Part shown: in pieces, positions 50,801-51,323 of the stretch
Numbering within the stretch: the stretch's first letter is position 1
How the letters are laid out: the number at the start of each line of letters is the position of its first letter
Assembly: GCA_965218785.1 (NCBI GenBank)
Contig: OZ244650.1
Location: 1,216,001 to 1,280,000, forward strand
DNA length: 64,000 nucleotides
Source: Nitrosopumilus sp.
GTDB lineage: Archaea > Thermoproteota > Nitrososphaeria > Nitrososphaerales > Nitrosopumilaceae
Reading direction: 5' to 3'
Position numbers and translations under genes: made by a program
Notes under the pieces: model-generated
What the model was told of the DNA's origin: nothing
Databases searched by the model: none
What the model saw: only the letters and a program-made list of their open reading frames with translations

Positions 50801-51090
50801 GCAGGTGTGTCAGTGTGGGTAATGAAGATGTTCAGTGATGTGGCATCAGATATGGCAGGTGTGTCAGATTCGGCAAGGGTGTTATCGCCTGGTGCATTGG
50901 TGATCTGTATATCTGATTCATCAGATATGACAGGTGTGTCAGTGTGTGTAATGGAGATGTTCAGTGATGTGGCATCAGATATGGCAGGTGTGTCAGTGTG
51001 TGTAATGGAGATGTTCAGTGATGTGGCATCAGATATCACAGGAGAGTCAGATTCGGTGATGATGCTCGCACCTGGCACGGTGTTTGCCAC
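11890..51090 (-). CDS. Giant multidomain cell-surface protein, 13,066-aa main ORF; its true N-terminus is probably at 52727
   Basis: 39.2-kb uninterrupted ORF. It contains dozens of Ig-like domains (YTxTFSExVxxF..DAAGN), SwmB-like repeats (TIVITASEPL..TDxAGNxLAxF..VTN), ITVTF..LNY..LNGG domains, NHL propellers, a Gly linker, a Pro-rich stalk and the C-terminus KRSYNIFEQIIRWFQSLFG. Confidence 0.95.
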   Translation of the reverse strand: MANTVPGASIITESDSPVISDATSLNISITHTDTPAISDATSLNISITHTDTPVISDESDIQITNAPGDNTLAESDTPAISDATSLNIFITHTDTPAISDESDILTINAPAVTDILATGGPYKEGDIIEITVTFDQSVTLSGVLHLTLETGDDDAVVVYTSNTPGTELAFQYTVAAGHNSADLNYVDTTPLVLSSGTIVASTGGVAADLSLPAATDTASLGGRSAVIVDTEAPTVIISNDVVADNGTSPTDTVSYTVTFNEPVTGFDMDDIAVSGTAFSMLGASNFATVMAGTTYTFDVVTLSDGTVIVSVPENVAADPAGNQNAASNTYTVAVDAAVPAIISARLSTNTITIIYNTPVTTILSDYDDLITTDSSTPTVTSVTGTTTDTILLTLSSAVPAGTTATIDIDGPVKTSASELVLEALVDYLVTAEETVELAGIDNRVIVTDPDSTLATITYPSTVDATLDYSSRIATTAEVSTVTTNEEIVVTAKGLRGGDVKVTVPAATVFSSPTFDGILVLPTDSDFDTGCNSAAITSGARASCIEIGQSNSVINTDKPIRIQLGDQAGNVPWYSEDGAAATQITTACAADNFASVSAQLDSGEECFIDVSPDLIIWTTHFTVFGSNSVSPIVTGVSAPSGSYTVGNKITITVTFNTPVSVSGTPPTLTLETGRIDAVVDFDRVADTGTQLIFVYTVAAGHNSADLNYADINSLSAGTGVITTRDGGSAVTLTLPATGSGDSLAGSSAVIIDTISPAVIISNTETANGGTTDSYTITYTATFTKPVTGFLDDVKDVLFDNTATASITSFSGSGTTYTIVVTATSDGIVKVTIPAGVATDTAGNRNAASNTYTVTTDMIAPEFISAATTSATTIAITASEPLAETDTEGIFAVSSNRVSNVAITGSTITLTVDTPIQFGDTPTVSYTGTDVTDVAGHALASFTPVSVTNNVPDPAIPTVDIIATDVSDGGATNSGTILYTATFDVPVTGFGDAATDVTVTGTADTTVSLPTGSGTTYAFTVTALTDGTADGTINVSIPAGAAAAGTVDNAASAIHSITLDTVAPAIVSATAVNSNNNIYVKTTEPIFTSPTTAEFSVSDNDVLGFRLQQHDTTNPGITLVLILAVTGDSQMVSYTGETLTDAAGNRLVQFTGVSVANTVDDMVRPAITISSPGNSNGDTILTDTVSYEVAFSEVVTDFILSDIIVSGTASQNLPTASNFEQPSLLTYTFDVVTTGDGTLTVSVPANVAADVSDNQNTLSNLFIVTVDTPIVVPPTIHVISQIDSADLPDNGYRHSMTQLVGNYYISLHTVTGPNSNPALLNYHTTLRLYTITDGQISLIGSQVINTVTEDINQPTTELGGPPRPAALVRIDDDTIAVSYVRTFGDGLASTVTTFDVAYSVTHFTPSQSINFQTGATGGQTDDHSMILFDAGRLIIAYSHPVNSSGGFIQDINIGTNGALSVGVPVSITDNDGRYPSLVKLDNDTVIVAYTDSNRDRGEDTSTGPKEVVPIELTSSRFVGAEGFIRTFDVSSSGTPVFTPRADALAHELDVTERDVMDPKIIIRIAYNSLVRIDDSTVALAYSEIGFNNIKDDGQGHIKIFDVAAADGTVTQRGDTVIYYNDAAAAPYDERVHLNSLAMLDSDTLALAYRGAGGDGFIQTYAVRSTGPVATGGPFEHDTADGAFNSLLRIDDNTLALAYGGDLSTQIGNTATPNSIKTFAVVDTEDDTTAPTIVGSTTPDDTTIVLVADEYLVGTVIANDVTVSGNMVSADPVISGLEIIITVDTPLTDGNTVTVEYSGGDITDVVGNTLGTFASHSVTVAIPPPTSHSIFERDSVALPDNGYRHNLVRLTGEYYVSSHTVTGPNADSALWDYSTVLGLYTITDGQITQIARQVIGTATIQSKTAPITELSSPRSTALTLIDADTIAVSYVDASTSRVATYDVDTSSDTTPFTNPRSIGLETGLYGTQTHNHSLIALDPNLLMIAYSYLDSDPSAIIQAVSINPRTGALIGDNGTTSTYADTQGQYTSMVRMDANTFVVASRGDSDTPGLVQAFDYVSNEIKFTARPALDYSDGARTAYNSLIKVNDDTLALAYSEIGTAGNRSDGNGKLKIFDMTENGVITELDSLTYYNAAASAASEQRVHLNSLAMLNPDTLAVAYRGEDGDGFIQTYEIDRVTGVLTSTNDAPFEHDTADGAFNSLVRVNDNTLALAYGGDLLSAIPDFTATPNIIKTLVAIDPGTSSPVIVSAVASNANTIVFTASEPLEGSTAVDDYTIDGNTVTNPVISDNTITITVGTAIPPGGTVAVDYDGDTITDAAGNTLATFDAQSATNTVPTVTITNTALANGGDTTSAVLSYTAVFSELVTGFNDAATDITLGGAAATVTSITGSGTTYDFVVTATGDGALTVSIPAGAAADAAGNDNTASNTYRITVDITAPVFSSIAVPDGFTIVITASEPLTGNTVTARDFVLTGSSTISNIVISGSTITLTVGPVIPAGGTVTIGYSGNTITDLAGHALAPFGPQSVTNTVPTVILTNDDTANGGHTTSGTLSYTAVFSKNILGFGDASTDIALSGSARTATVSIPTGDGGITYTSPVDDITYTFTVVASTDGTVTVQIPANVAIDTAGNLNTASATHTVTFDSMAPAVISAATTNEITIVINTSEPLAEITTAGIFTVTSSNTVTSNTVTSNTVAGTTTISGNTITLTVGTPIVSSDVLTVSYAGTDITDVAENALAAFDMEPVTNNVPSTTDLTDHTISNIHSVDLPDNGYRHNLVQLTDNHYVSSHTVSVSAGSGTWNHNTDIRLYSITDGQISLIGSQTVATVTENSGDNTNDVREDPRSTSLVRIDDDTVAISHVRTNTVTQGGTTTVSQVGTVTTFDVDTTSTTTPFGNPNSVDYRTGENGGQISSQSLTLFDANTLVIVYSHPNGSPDGFIQDINIGSGGALTAGAPVTVTTAQGRYPSVVTLDANTVVVAYRVGGAAGTIQAFDVSPGSADVFDAGTVVPLIHDAGRTAYASLVRIDATTVALAYSDIGTNITGDGEGRLKIFDVATDGTITQRGATVTYYNDAADAAFERIHLNSLVLLDDDTLALAYRGADGYGFIQMYNILSSGLTEAGGPFEHDTADGAFNSLAQVDDETLALVYGGDLPETLPLDAAASNTIKTIAAILTGSDTVLPTITSATTPDENTILLTASERLVGTTTAEVFEVSENIVSDDPVVADDPVVAGDPVVAGRTITITLDMPIVVGSTVTVRYTGDTIFDGSANALATFDSQPVTNTVYGVTAVSAEDRTVNAGDTLDITVTFSGPVTVIGTPQLLLETGTDDALADYTHSDSGTDLVFRYTVLAGHDSDDLNYVDTDSLLLNGGSISSSDGTTTTPANLALPATDSGESLAGGSAVIVDTVVDTTGSTIGTHVHTIGRLGTGDGVFNTPRGITTTPTNILVSDSLNHRVQIFDLSGNYLSQFGSFSTTNGVFNAPGAVTTTSENILVADSFNHRIQVFDLDGDYRSSFGSSGTGNGKFNIPLGITTNSTHILVADTFNNRIQVFDLEGNYQSQFDNSGVDIIQRDDGEGNTVDFDRGVLVRPNDITANSTHILVADTSNHRIQIFDTAGTRVNIIGSSDASSGTGNDRFDTPRGITTNSTHILVADTFNNRIQVFDLDGTYVSTIGSSGTGNGLFNAPGGVTTNSTHILVADTGNHMMQVFDLDGTHIRSFGSSGTGNDQFNTPRKITATSTNILVADTFNNRVQVFDLNGGYLHQFGRSSTTNGVFNTPGAVTTTSENILVADRNNNRIQVFDLDGTYQDQFGSIGNGNGQFNIPRGITANSTHILVADTGNNRIQVFDLDGTYLRHFDNSGITDGAFNTPIDISTTPTNIMVADTYNNRIQIFDLDGTYLSSFGSFGTDNGQFNFPEGITVTHEHILVADTGNNRIQIFDINGIHVSTIGNSDASSGTGNNQFDRPQGIATNSTHLLVADSGNDRIQIFDLALSVLITAAGTVHGGTYNTGTVSYTVTFSEDVDDFVVGDITVSGTASGSAPAATNFAGSEDTYTFEVAATSDGTITVSVSEDVATDAAGRDNVASAPYSITVDTAAPAVTITTGAAANEGSTNFRTITYTATFNEAVSGFDAAAYITLGGTATATAATPSGDGTTYTFDVTATSDGTVTVSIPADATEDAAGNGNIESDTYTVTVNTVPPIGTFVQSIGSSGPGDGEFNNPYGVATTPTNILVADTLNHRIQVFDLDGTYSNQFGNIIQQFDENDVLLRQYGNSGSDAGHFFNPRGITATSTNILVADTGNARVQIFDLQGTFVRQFGILGSNNGEFIRPSGITTTSTNILVADNLNDRIQVFDSDGRFVSKIGSPGANDGQFSRPEAITTNSTHILVADTRNDRIQVFNMDSDFVSTIGSRGTANGQFDDPVGIATTSTHILVADTLNHRIQVFDINGNFVSTIGSSGTSSGTGNNQFDSPRGITINSTHLLVADSGNNRVQIFDLAPTVTITTDTANGGTHSTGTVSYDVVFSEDVTDFAVADITVSGSASGGSPTASNLMGTESTYTFDVMTTSVGTVTVSIPESVATDTAGNANLASAAYSVTVTTAVTTVAPTVVSVSASDGSYSEGDSINITITFSESVTVGGIPQLTLDTGGVARHVPGAPGTTQEFSYTVAAGQNSGNLNYDSTTSLALNGGSITATADSNIDAVLSLPATTDTASLGGSDVIVDTAAPTVTITNDDGIADNGISLTDTVSYTVTFNEPVPGFGVDNIAVSGTASGGAPVASSFATVITDPADTTYTFAVATSSDGTTSSDGTVIVSVPENVAEDPAGNQNEASNTYTVTVDAAVPEIVSARLSNNIITIIYSKLVTTDASHYDDVMSPAGMPHTIDSFIDATPDDANYTVISLILSTTPAGTTATIDIAGPTKTSDSTSALSPLEDYPVTAENAIILDDTDDRIAVTDPDSTLATIKYPSTVDATLDYSSLVASPGGIPTVTTNTEIMVTATGLRGGNIQVTIPADTSFSSPTFDGILVLPADSDSDTACNSAAIDSGVQASCIEIGQAGSVVNTDNPIRIQLGGQAGNTPWYSQGGAPAIQITTACDADDVTSVSTQLTGDQECFIDVDTDLIIWTEHFTVFGSNLVGVAGPTATISTDDAVNGGTAISDVIFYTVTFSETVTDFVDADDITLGGTATATVSEPTPAESPADDTTTYNFVVTATTDGTVIVTIPVDAAEDASNNGNAASDPYTVTVDSPVQFAGKFGSRGEADGQFQIPVSLTTNSTHILVADTNNNRVQIFDLDGSFAGKFGSRALVPSNPGNSEFSNPSGIAVNSTHIMVTDLNHHRVQVFYLNGTYANEFGSPRTSFTIGPGLFDSPVGITANGTHILVVDSFHHRVQVFDTDGVFDSAFGRDAFETGERYHSIAMNSTHILVTETSNDWVDVFDSAGNYLNTFGSNGTANGQFDSPTGIIMENNLIYIADFNNDRIQIFDSDANFVGKFGSFGTGDGRFDRPSGLATNSTHILVADHGNSRIQTFLLDSDITSVSADDGAYKEGGIIDITVRFDEAVDVGVADGTPPTLTLDTGAIVEYTSGTGETDLLFQYTVAAGENSADLNYVGTDSLALNGGTITATTHDDTLILRLPAVTSANSLAGSSDVIVDTAEPTFDFAMTTDETTIVITASEPLDETMTAGTFSVATKTVTGTTEISDNTITITVDPAIVSTDTLMVSYNAAAGGVTDLAGNALATFGPETVTNNVIAIAAFANVFGGIGTLDGEFMAPYGITTNSTHILVTDFGSSRIQIFDLDGIFAGTFGSNGDANDQVTAPIGITTNSTHILVVDSGNHRIQIFEHDGTPAGRFGSEGTGDGEFTTPYGIATTPTHILVTDSGNPRVQIFEHDGTFVSSFGSQGTTTIGEFTSPEGIATTSTHILVVDSGNDRVQMFEHDGTPVSTFGSFGATDGLFDDPSGITTTPAHILVVDSENDRVQAFNHDGTFVSSFGSQGTGEGEFTTPEGITTNSTHMLVTDLFDSRIQTFVLTPTVLITATGIPDGGATNSDTILYTATFSEDVTDFGDAVTDVTVSGPTGTTVTTPDGTGTTYTFTVTPANEGTIEVSIPAGAAADTAARGNVASAIHTVTVDTTAPTFTSAGTIEVHKTTPVERMTYLDKAASLRTIEIISTEPLIGSLRINQFSVPGNQVLTASLQNSNIRLEVFAPISDDSQTVSYTGNTITDDVGNPLASFRNEMIDPIISDDLGPDATISSTTDDGTTTRSTIISYTVIFTEAVPDFVISDITVGGTADVGTSPVSNFVNLDTARYTFDVMVTGDGTLDVSIAAGATTDAAGNDNTASNVYTVTVDATAPTISSAQTTDASTIVLTASEPIMGTAAVGDFTLDTNTSTDVPVVDGRTITLTVNTAIVNADTIMVDYNGNAMITDVAGNTLAAFDDRTVSNDLSTLPLTVSITATDTPDGGIHTSNTASYTVTFNKVVADFVASDISLTGTAPRGASPITNFAGSGNVYMFDVTATSDGTLVVSIPAGVATDEDNNLNPASNMHTITFDIFIPIAAHFNSIGRSGSADGEFDSPRGVTVNDSHILVADTNNDRVQVFNIAGSYEDQFGTSNPFVPSIGFVNPPPGGTFSNLRGITVTPDNILVADSNNDRIQIFDLQGTYLSQFGSLGEANGRFNFPSGITANSTHIIVADTHTHRIQVFDMDGEFVSKFGGIGTVNNRFNLPGGVAVTPTNIIVADTGNNRVTVYDLDGNYLSKFGRGGSGDTQFSSPTGVAATSTHIIVADTGNNRIQVFDLDGNYFYTIGGTGTGRAQFSGPTAIALTSTHMVVADTGNNRVQTFGLAPTVTITADTPDGGIHNLDTVSYTATFNVDVIDFDVTDILVSGTASGGSLVPSNFAGTGNTYTFDVVTASDGMVTVFIPKFAARTGGGQDSMASNQYTVNVMDIPTVTGVSAAAPGTHVPGETVDITITFDESVDVTDTPQLTLETGDTDAMADYLSGSPGTDLIFRYTVAVGHLSDDLNYVDTGSLRLNGGTIFTTSDTTVPASLVLPATDSLNSLAGSSDVIVTSPLSVVSLSDTVTGGTGIITSSNTVSYAVTFSASVADFIESDIVVSGTAAAAASGGTLEASNLAGTGGTSYTFDVVTTGDGTVLATIPAGMTTDAAGNGNTASDTHTVIVDVETLTVTISSTTPDDNLQTGDTVSYTATFSEDVTDFAESDIRVTGTASGGTPATSNFEEISATVYTFDVVTTSDGTVLVTILAGVATDAAGNGNVVSATYTVTADTTAPVFSHVVISNAITIVFTASEPLGGSVAADDFEVSDNTIFGVPVISDSTVTITVGTAIPDGGTVTINYTSNTITDLAGNALARFDARSVTDTGPTVTLTNDDTINNRDTNSNTLSYTAVFSKPVTGFGTSDITVTGSASVGTPAASNFVEISGGTVYTFDVVTTSDGTVKVTILAGVAEDIAANGNAASNTYTVTVDTVSPTVTLTAGTRVIRDGGTAQPVTVVCVPPEGETVCVIPADDPSQPETVVQSGDEYMIAGVIRDDGTSQPGTVVQLGEEYIIAGMIRDDGTFQHVTVLCREIPEGETACVVPEDRMSQPGTVICEVPPVGANVCVVPEDSRYLHETISYTATPDGGTQSSETISYTATFSESMRDFDIFDIMVTGTASDNSPVVSNFVVNHTTVYTFDVTTTGDGTVIVTIPEGVATDAAGNGNVASDPYTVTVNTTMVTVTLDSPTPDDNLQTGDTVSYTSIFSEDVTNFDETGITVTGSASGGAPAISNFVAINATAYTFDVATTGDGTVTVMIPADAAMVPAGKTLTASDPYTVTVDTIAPVFSSAVVHDAYTIVITALEPLAGTVNREHFGVSVNTISNTISDNTLVGNLEISGSTITINVDNAIPIDSTVTVSYHGTTITDLAGNALVTFSLRSVTNDNVPTVTLTNDDTINGSTADSRTLSYTVQFSEPVTGFGDQETDIALSGTARTATVSIPIEDDKVTYASTVDGITYTFTVVASTDGTVTVQIPAAVAIDAGGNLNEASGTHTVTVDAAAPVFVSAATVTPTMIAITTSEPLVGTVTASDFVMTGNAFTAVPVIFGNIITITVDTEITSADDITVSYPVSSSDITDAAGNPLAVFTPQAVINNVPGAADPTDHIISPVHSVELPDNGYRHDLIHLTGNYYVSSHTVSVYTGIATWNHNTDIRLYSITDGQISLIGSQTVATVTDRPIIFTTQEVDPPTDPPTDPQIVAITPEDSGENTDDAREDPRSTSIVRIDDDTIAISHVRTDTDSTEGTVTTICHPVRGCPFISTVTLMPEVAAITTFDVDTTSMTPFGNRNSVDYRTGDTGGQISSQSLIAFDADTLIITYSHSNSSPDGFIQAIRVAPDGMLTAGEAVSITADQGRYQSAVKLDADTVVLAYRGADAAGHIQAFDVSSGGASVLTPRTAIPHDAGRTAYNSLLQIDDSTVALAYSEIGTPSTTDGMLDATGGITTTSTNILVADTGNSRIQIFDLDGTHVSQFGSNGTGNNQFYSPRGITTNSTHILVADTGNHRIQIFDLDGTYVNQFDGSGTGNGEFIFPRGITTNSTHILVADTGNHRVQVFDLDGTYVNQFDGSGRGNGLFNGPSGIITTSTSILVTDTGNNRVQVFDLDGTYLREFGGSGTGNGAFIFPRGITTTSTSILVTDSGNHRVQILNLDGTYRSQFGSSGTGNGEFNTPLKITTTPTSILVADTGNNRVQVFALDGTYRSQFGTPTDDGVGRLKIFDVATNGAFTQRGATVTYYDNAADAAFEERIHLNSLAKLDDDTLAVAYRGADAGGFIRVYDVTTTGLATAGGPFEHDTEDGAFNSLVRVDDDILALVYGGDLPETLPSNVASTNTIKTIAAIVPGTDIKVPTIESGITTDDVTIVLVASERLVGTASAEVFSVSNNGIPADPIVAGRTITITVNGTILSGSTVTVGYTGDTITDGSNNALETFTSQSVTNTVTAAPEGSFIATYDHTIGYRSLNPGPGDGQFDRPRGITTTSENILVSDSLNHRVQIFDSDGTYQSQFGTSSPTNGVFNAPRGVATNSTHILVADTNNHRIQVFDLEYNYISQFGSFGVDVIQPDDSIIRAENGKFSAPYGITTNSTHILVADTGNDRIQIFDLVGNHRSSFDNSGVDVIQRQNRDGVMADFDRGMLSLPQGITTTSTNILVADTGNHRIQVFDLSGTHVSTIGSSGTGNGQFSHPQGITTNSTHILVSDTNNHRIQVFDLGGTHVRTIGSHGTGDGEFDRPRGITVNSTSIIVADTGNNRMQVFDLDGVYQDKFGSPGTGNNQFNTPRDITTTSTSILVADSNNNRIQVFDLDGTYLSQFGTPNPTDGVLNTPRGITTNSTHILVADSNNNRIQVFDLDGAYQDQFGSLGTGDGQFNTPRGVATTSENILVADSLNHRIQMFDLDGSYVDQFGSYSATYGITYGPPEHTTEVIPENTFTGTPEHTRQVGPDSRDGSDCTIVTCLAYGPLEDPPGGQFNAPREITANSTHILVADTGNHRIQVFDLDGNYLRQFGNFGAGNGQFNFPEGLAITPTNILVADTENNRIQVFDLDGNYLDTIGRSDASPGTGDNQFDRPRGITATSTHLLVADSSNNRVQLFDLAPTVTITADTANGGTQNTATVSYDVVFSDAVTGFVVGDITVSGTASDGAPTASNLAGIRDTYTFDVVTTNAGTVTVSIPESVATDTAGNANLASDTYTVTVDADAPRFISVATPDVNTIVITVSEPLVGSVDTGDFTLDGNMINADPVVDGSTITITVVTPLTPSDRLTVSYGGDALTDAAGNRLVSFTNQNVPVILQDLTRPTVTLSTATSNGGTQNTDTISYTATFNETVSGFAIGDIMVIGSASNGAPVASAFVKTSTTVYTFDVVTTGDGTVTVTIPDDVAADTTTNGNMASAPYTVTVDTIAPTVTLSTATSNGGTQNTDTISYTATFSEDVMGFMLTDVGVAGTASGNSPSASNFAITSATVYTFDVATTGDGTVRITIPSNSAMDMAGNGNTAPGVYTVTVDTTGPSITGVSATNGSYSTGETVDIIVTFNEKVIVSGVPQLTLETGTDDAVVDYTTGTGGTALTFSYTVEATHTSDDLNYVGTDSLDLNGGTILAFDNDVPASLALPALDSDDSLAGSYAVIVDTEAPEFRSAATSSTTTVVITASESLDVTSDVTGLTVPGNDVSGTPEISGSTIIITVVTEIIPGATFTVSYGGTGITDVAGNALTQFTAESVTNNVSDTTGPTATLTSGTTDGTTTNSATISYTVTFNETVIGFDTASDIMVSGTATAEASAPTVSGTDYIFDVTASTDGTVMVTIPADAAADAANNGNTASDTHTVTVDITAPVFSSASTVTATTIEIIASEPIMGSAAITEFTVLPGNNVSGDVVLSGSTITITVDTSIVFGDAPTVEYTGSGITDAVGNQLAGFTAQTVTNNVPSTIAPNVNSVSATGGPYNAGDTVDITVTFDETVNVTGTPQLSLNTGTTAGYSSGTGTAAIIFQYDVISGHNTDDLSYVGTISLTLNSGTIVAVDDGAIANLVLPPITSSDSLGGGSAVIVDTVVPTVTITNADTDDNGTTASNTITYTATFSEDVTGFDDASDITVSGDAGPTAAAPTGSGDTYTFTVTATTDGTVVVSIPTGAATDPAENGNTVSEDYTVTVDTTAPGVTLSSTTTITNGGTQNTATVSYTATFDMAVTEFAVSDITVTGTASGGSPTASNFVATSPTVYTFDVVTTDDGTVIVTIPANVATDAAGNDNTVSATYTVTVDTTGPTVILSSDTSSGGTQNTATVSYTATFSEPVMGFVIGDIGVTGTASDNSPAASGLLPTSTSVYTFDVATTGDGTVQIAIHPNRVTDVAGNSNTASSVYTVTVDTTGPSITGVSATTNDSYSTGETVDIIVTFNEKVIVSGVPQLTLETGTNDAVVDYTTGTGGTALTFRYTVAATHTSDDLNYVGTGSLDLNGGTILAFDNDIPADLTLPVLTSADSLAGRSAVIVDTEAPEFVSVATRDATTVVITASETLDGTTTATDFTFSDGNVSDNAVLSGSTIIITVDTEIIPGATFTVSYVSSGITDVAGNALTQFTTPSVTNNVSDTTSPTATLTSATPDGTTINTGIISYTVAFDEVVTGFNTASDIMVSGTAAGTASAPIVSGSEFTFTVTASNDGTVVVSIPVDAAADEAGNGNTASATHTVTVDITAPVFSSATTLTARTIEVTASEPIMGSAIATDFTVLPSNTVSGNVVVSGSTITITVDTSIVFVDAPTVAYMGSGITDIAGNTLATFTAQTVTNNVPNPDAPNVDSVSATGGPYNAGDTVDITVTFDAPVDVNETPQLLLETGTADASAGYFSGTGTAAIIFQYTVISGHNTGDLNYVGTGSLTPSGGSITATGGTALANLVLPSTTSADSLGGTSAVIVDTVAPTVTITNADTADGAITNAGAITYTATFSETVTGFAASDITLGGTATATAAAPAGSGDTYTFTVTATTDGTVVVSIPTGAATDTAGNANTASGMYTVTVDTGGSSVLLSTATSDDGKQNTNTISYIAVFNDPTTNFVLEDIVVTGTASGGSPTASNFVATSPTAYTFDVVTTGDGTVIVTIPANVATDPAGNGNDASRVYIVTVDTIAPTVILSSTTPDGSIHNANTITYTATFSEDVTGFDAVSDITVSGTAGPTVAAPAGSGDTYTFTVTTTTDGTVTVSIPADAATDAAEDAAVGEVGNGNTASGDYTVTVNTAVPTVTITANVADGASTNDGSVFYTATFSEDVTGFDAVDDITVSGTAAATLTTPTGSGSTYTFAATTLNGGIITVLIPADVATDAAVGEVGNGNTASATYTVTVNPISQINSLDLTPGGYRHNLVHFTGDYYVSSHTVTRANSDDAALWNFDTVLNLYSIIGGDITLIGSRTVETRTQDKTTTINEFTTHPRSTAVTAVDDDTIAVTYVAGSTSRLRTYDVDTASTTAPFGVSVLTSIGIVLDGQQTHNHSLVTLDATRLVVAYSYPDASPDNYIQIISIDPDNGALSFGTVTALGANNNGQYSSLVKLDDDTVIVAYRGDTQKAYLQAVDILADDTITVIDAVEHDSRRTAYHSLVRVDSDTVAVAYSAIGDAALADDGHGTIKVFDVTSSGGFTGRTNAATYQTTSAAAEFEEQVHINSLALLDSDTLALAYRGDDADGFIRLYDISSTGLTARGDPFEHDTANGAFNSLVSVNDDDDDTLALVYGGDLPSVIANTDTPNTIKTLAVLGPDTTVPTIVAAVTSDANTIVLTASEFLARTAATPVFTVPGNTVTGTVILGTTVTITVDTQISLGDTPTINYAVGDAITDAAGNALAAFAALPVTNNVDDATRPTVTITNADIADGDTTLTDTTASYTVTFNEPVPGFDVADIIISGTASGGAPVPSNFETATADISYTFDVVTTSDGTVIVSVPENVAADPAGNQNTASNTYTITVDAEVPEIVSARLSNNIITIIYSKLVTTDATHYDDVMSPAGTPHTIDSFIDATPDDANYTVISLTLSTTPAGTTATIDVSGPTKTSDSTSALSPLEDYPVTAEVNVVLDATDNRIAVTDFDSTLATVKYPSTVDATLDYSSLIDGESVTPTATTNNEIVVTATGIRGGDIRVTIPAFTSFSSSTFDGILILPTDSGSGCDSTAITSGAQASCIEIGQAGSVINTDKPIRIQLGGQAGNVPWYSEGGAAATQITAACDGDDLTPVSEQLNSAGECFINTGSDLIIWTAHFTVFGSNLVTPPTPPTTTPVDEGTDPVEPDPTPRRGGGGSGGGGGGGGGGGGGGGSGGGDGRGSPYDLSFIFTSNGENVLTVPSQITLEPDASLTITPRILPIDARQNILKMEIILSDPAVPQLPAALIQYMLIANVLAHEECTGKEYATDNLYVCDNASIISETQVSYLESLLSTGKRFNSIMIPFDDEFSGRLSMFLQDNRGITLSAHSNTAYNIAVTSEDGESQSTDRTEPTPEIPVPEIPVPEIPVPEIPVPEIPVPEIPVPEIPVPLPVDPYPGPDTPEPKRSYNIFEQIIRWFQSLFG
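11993..12097. repeat. Perfect 15-bp tandem repeat x7, encoding (EIPVP)7
   Basis: (GGTACTGGTATTTCT)7, read directly. Confidence 0.95.
12620..12700. repeat. Poly-Gly linker (GCC/TCC trinucleotide tract on the + strand)
   Basis: Encodes RRGGGGSGGGGGGGGGGGGGGGSGGGDGRG. Confidence 0.9.
12780..13365 (-). other. HFT domain copy 3 (4 Cys, ends IIWTAHFTVFGSN)
   Basis: HFT codons at 12799-12807; homologous to copies 1 and 2. Domain boundaries approximate. Confidence 0.8.
16500..21100. repeat. Internal tandem duplication of a multi-domain Ig/SwmB block, period ~2.57 kb
   Basis: GATCCCATAATGGGTTCTGATGCG occurs at ~17351 and ~19919; AAGGCAAGTATGGTTCCGCCGTTTAGGTCAAGTGAG at ~18116 and ~20684. Confidence 0.75.
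22195..40850 (-). repeat. Seven NHL-repeat beta-propeller clusters inside the giant gene (approx. 22195-24110, 24840-25670, 30585-31440, 33030-33850, 34520-35365, 37620-38510, 39140-40850)
   Basis: ~46-aa blade consensus GxGxGQFNxPxGITTNSTHILVADTGNHRIQVFDLDG. The first and last clusters have roughly twice the blade number. Confidence 0.9.
35700..36285 (-). other. HFT domain copy 2 (ends IIWTEHFTVFGSN)
   Basis: HFT codons at 35719-35727. Domain boundaries approximate. Confidence 0.8.
49210..49790 (-). other. HFT domain copy 1 (ends IIWTTHFTVFGSN)
   Basis: HFT codons at 49228-49236. Domain boundaries approximate. Confidence 0.8.
50780..51060. repeat. 54-bp/18-aa imperfect tandem repeats (HTDTPAISDATSLNISIT)
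   Basis: Repeated TCAGATATGGCAGGTGTGTCAG at the start of the main ORF. Confidence 0.85.
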
Positions 51091-51323
51091 GATATCTGGT
51101 CGGTGTCTGCAAGTTGGTTTCCGGCAAGATCAGTGATGGTACCACCAGAGTATGATACACGTGATATCGGGTCCAGACATTATTGCGTGTGCCCACAGTC
51201 AGGGTTATGGTACGGCCACTGTATCGTACAGTACCGATTGGTCACCGTTATGGTTATGGTACGGCCAGCCACAAGGGTAAAGTTACTTCCTGAAACAGTA
51301 AAGACTCCTGCAGTAGCAGTTCC
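51091..51323 (-). pseudogene. Corrupted SwmB-like domain joining the two parts of the giant gene
   Basis: An in-frame TGA follows ASETL. GTATAGVFTVSG..AGRTITITVT then continues in frame, while SGRTITLTVG, VSYSGGTITDLAGNQLA and VANTVPG require successive frameshifts. Confidence 0.8.
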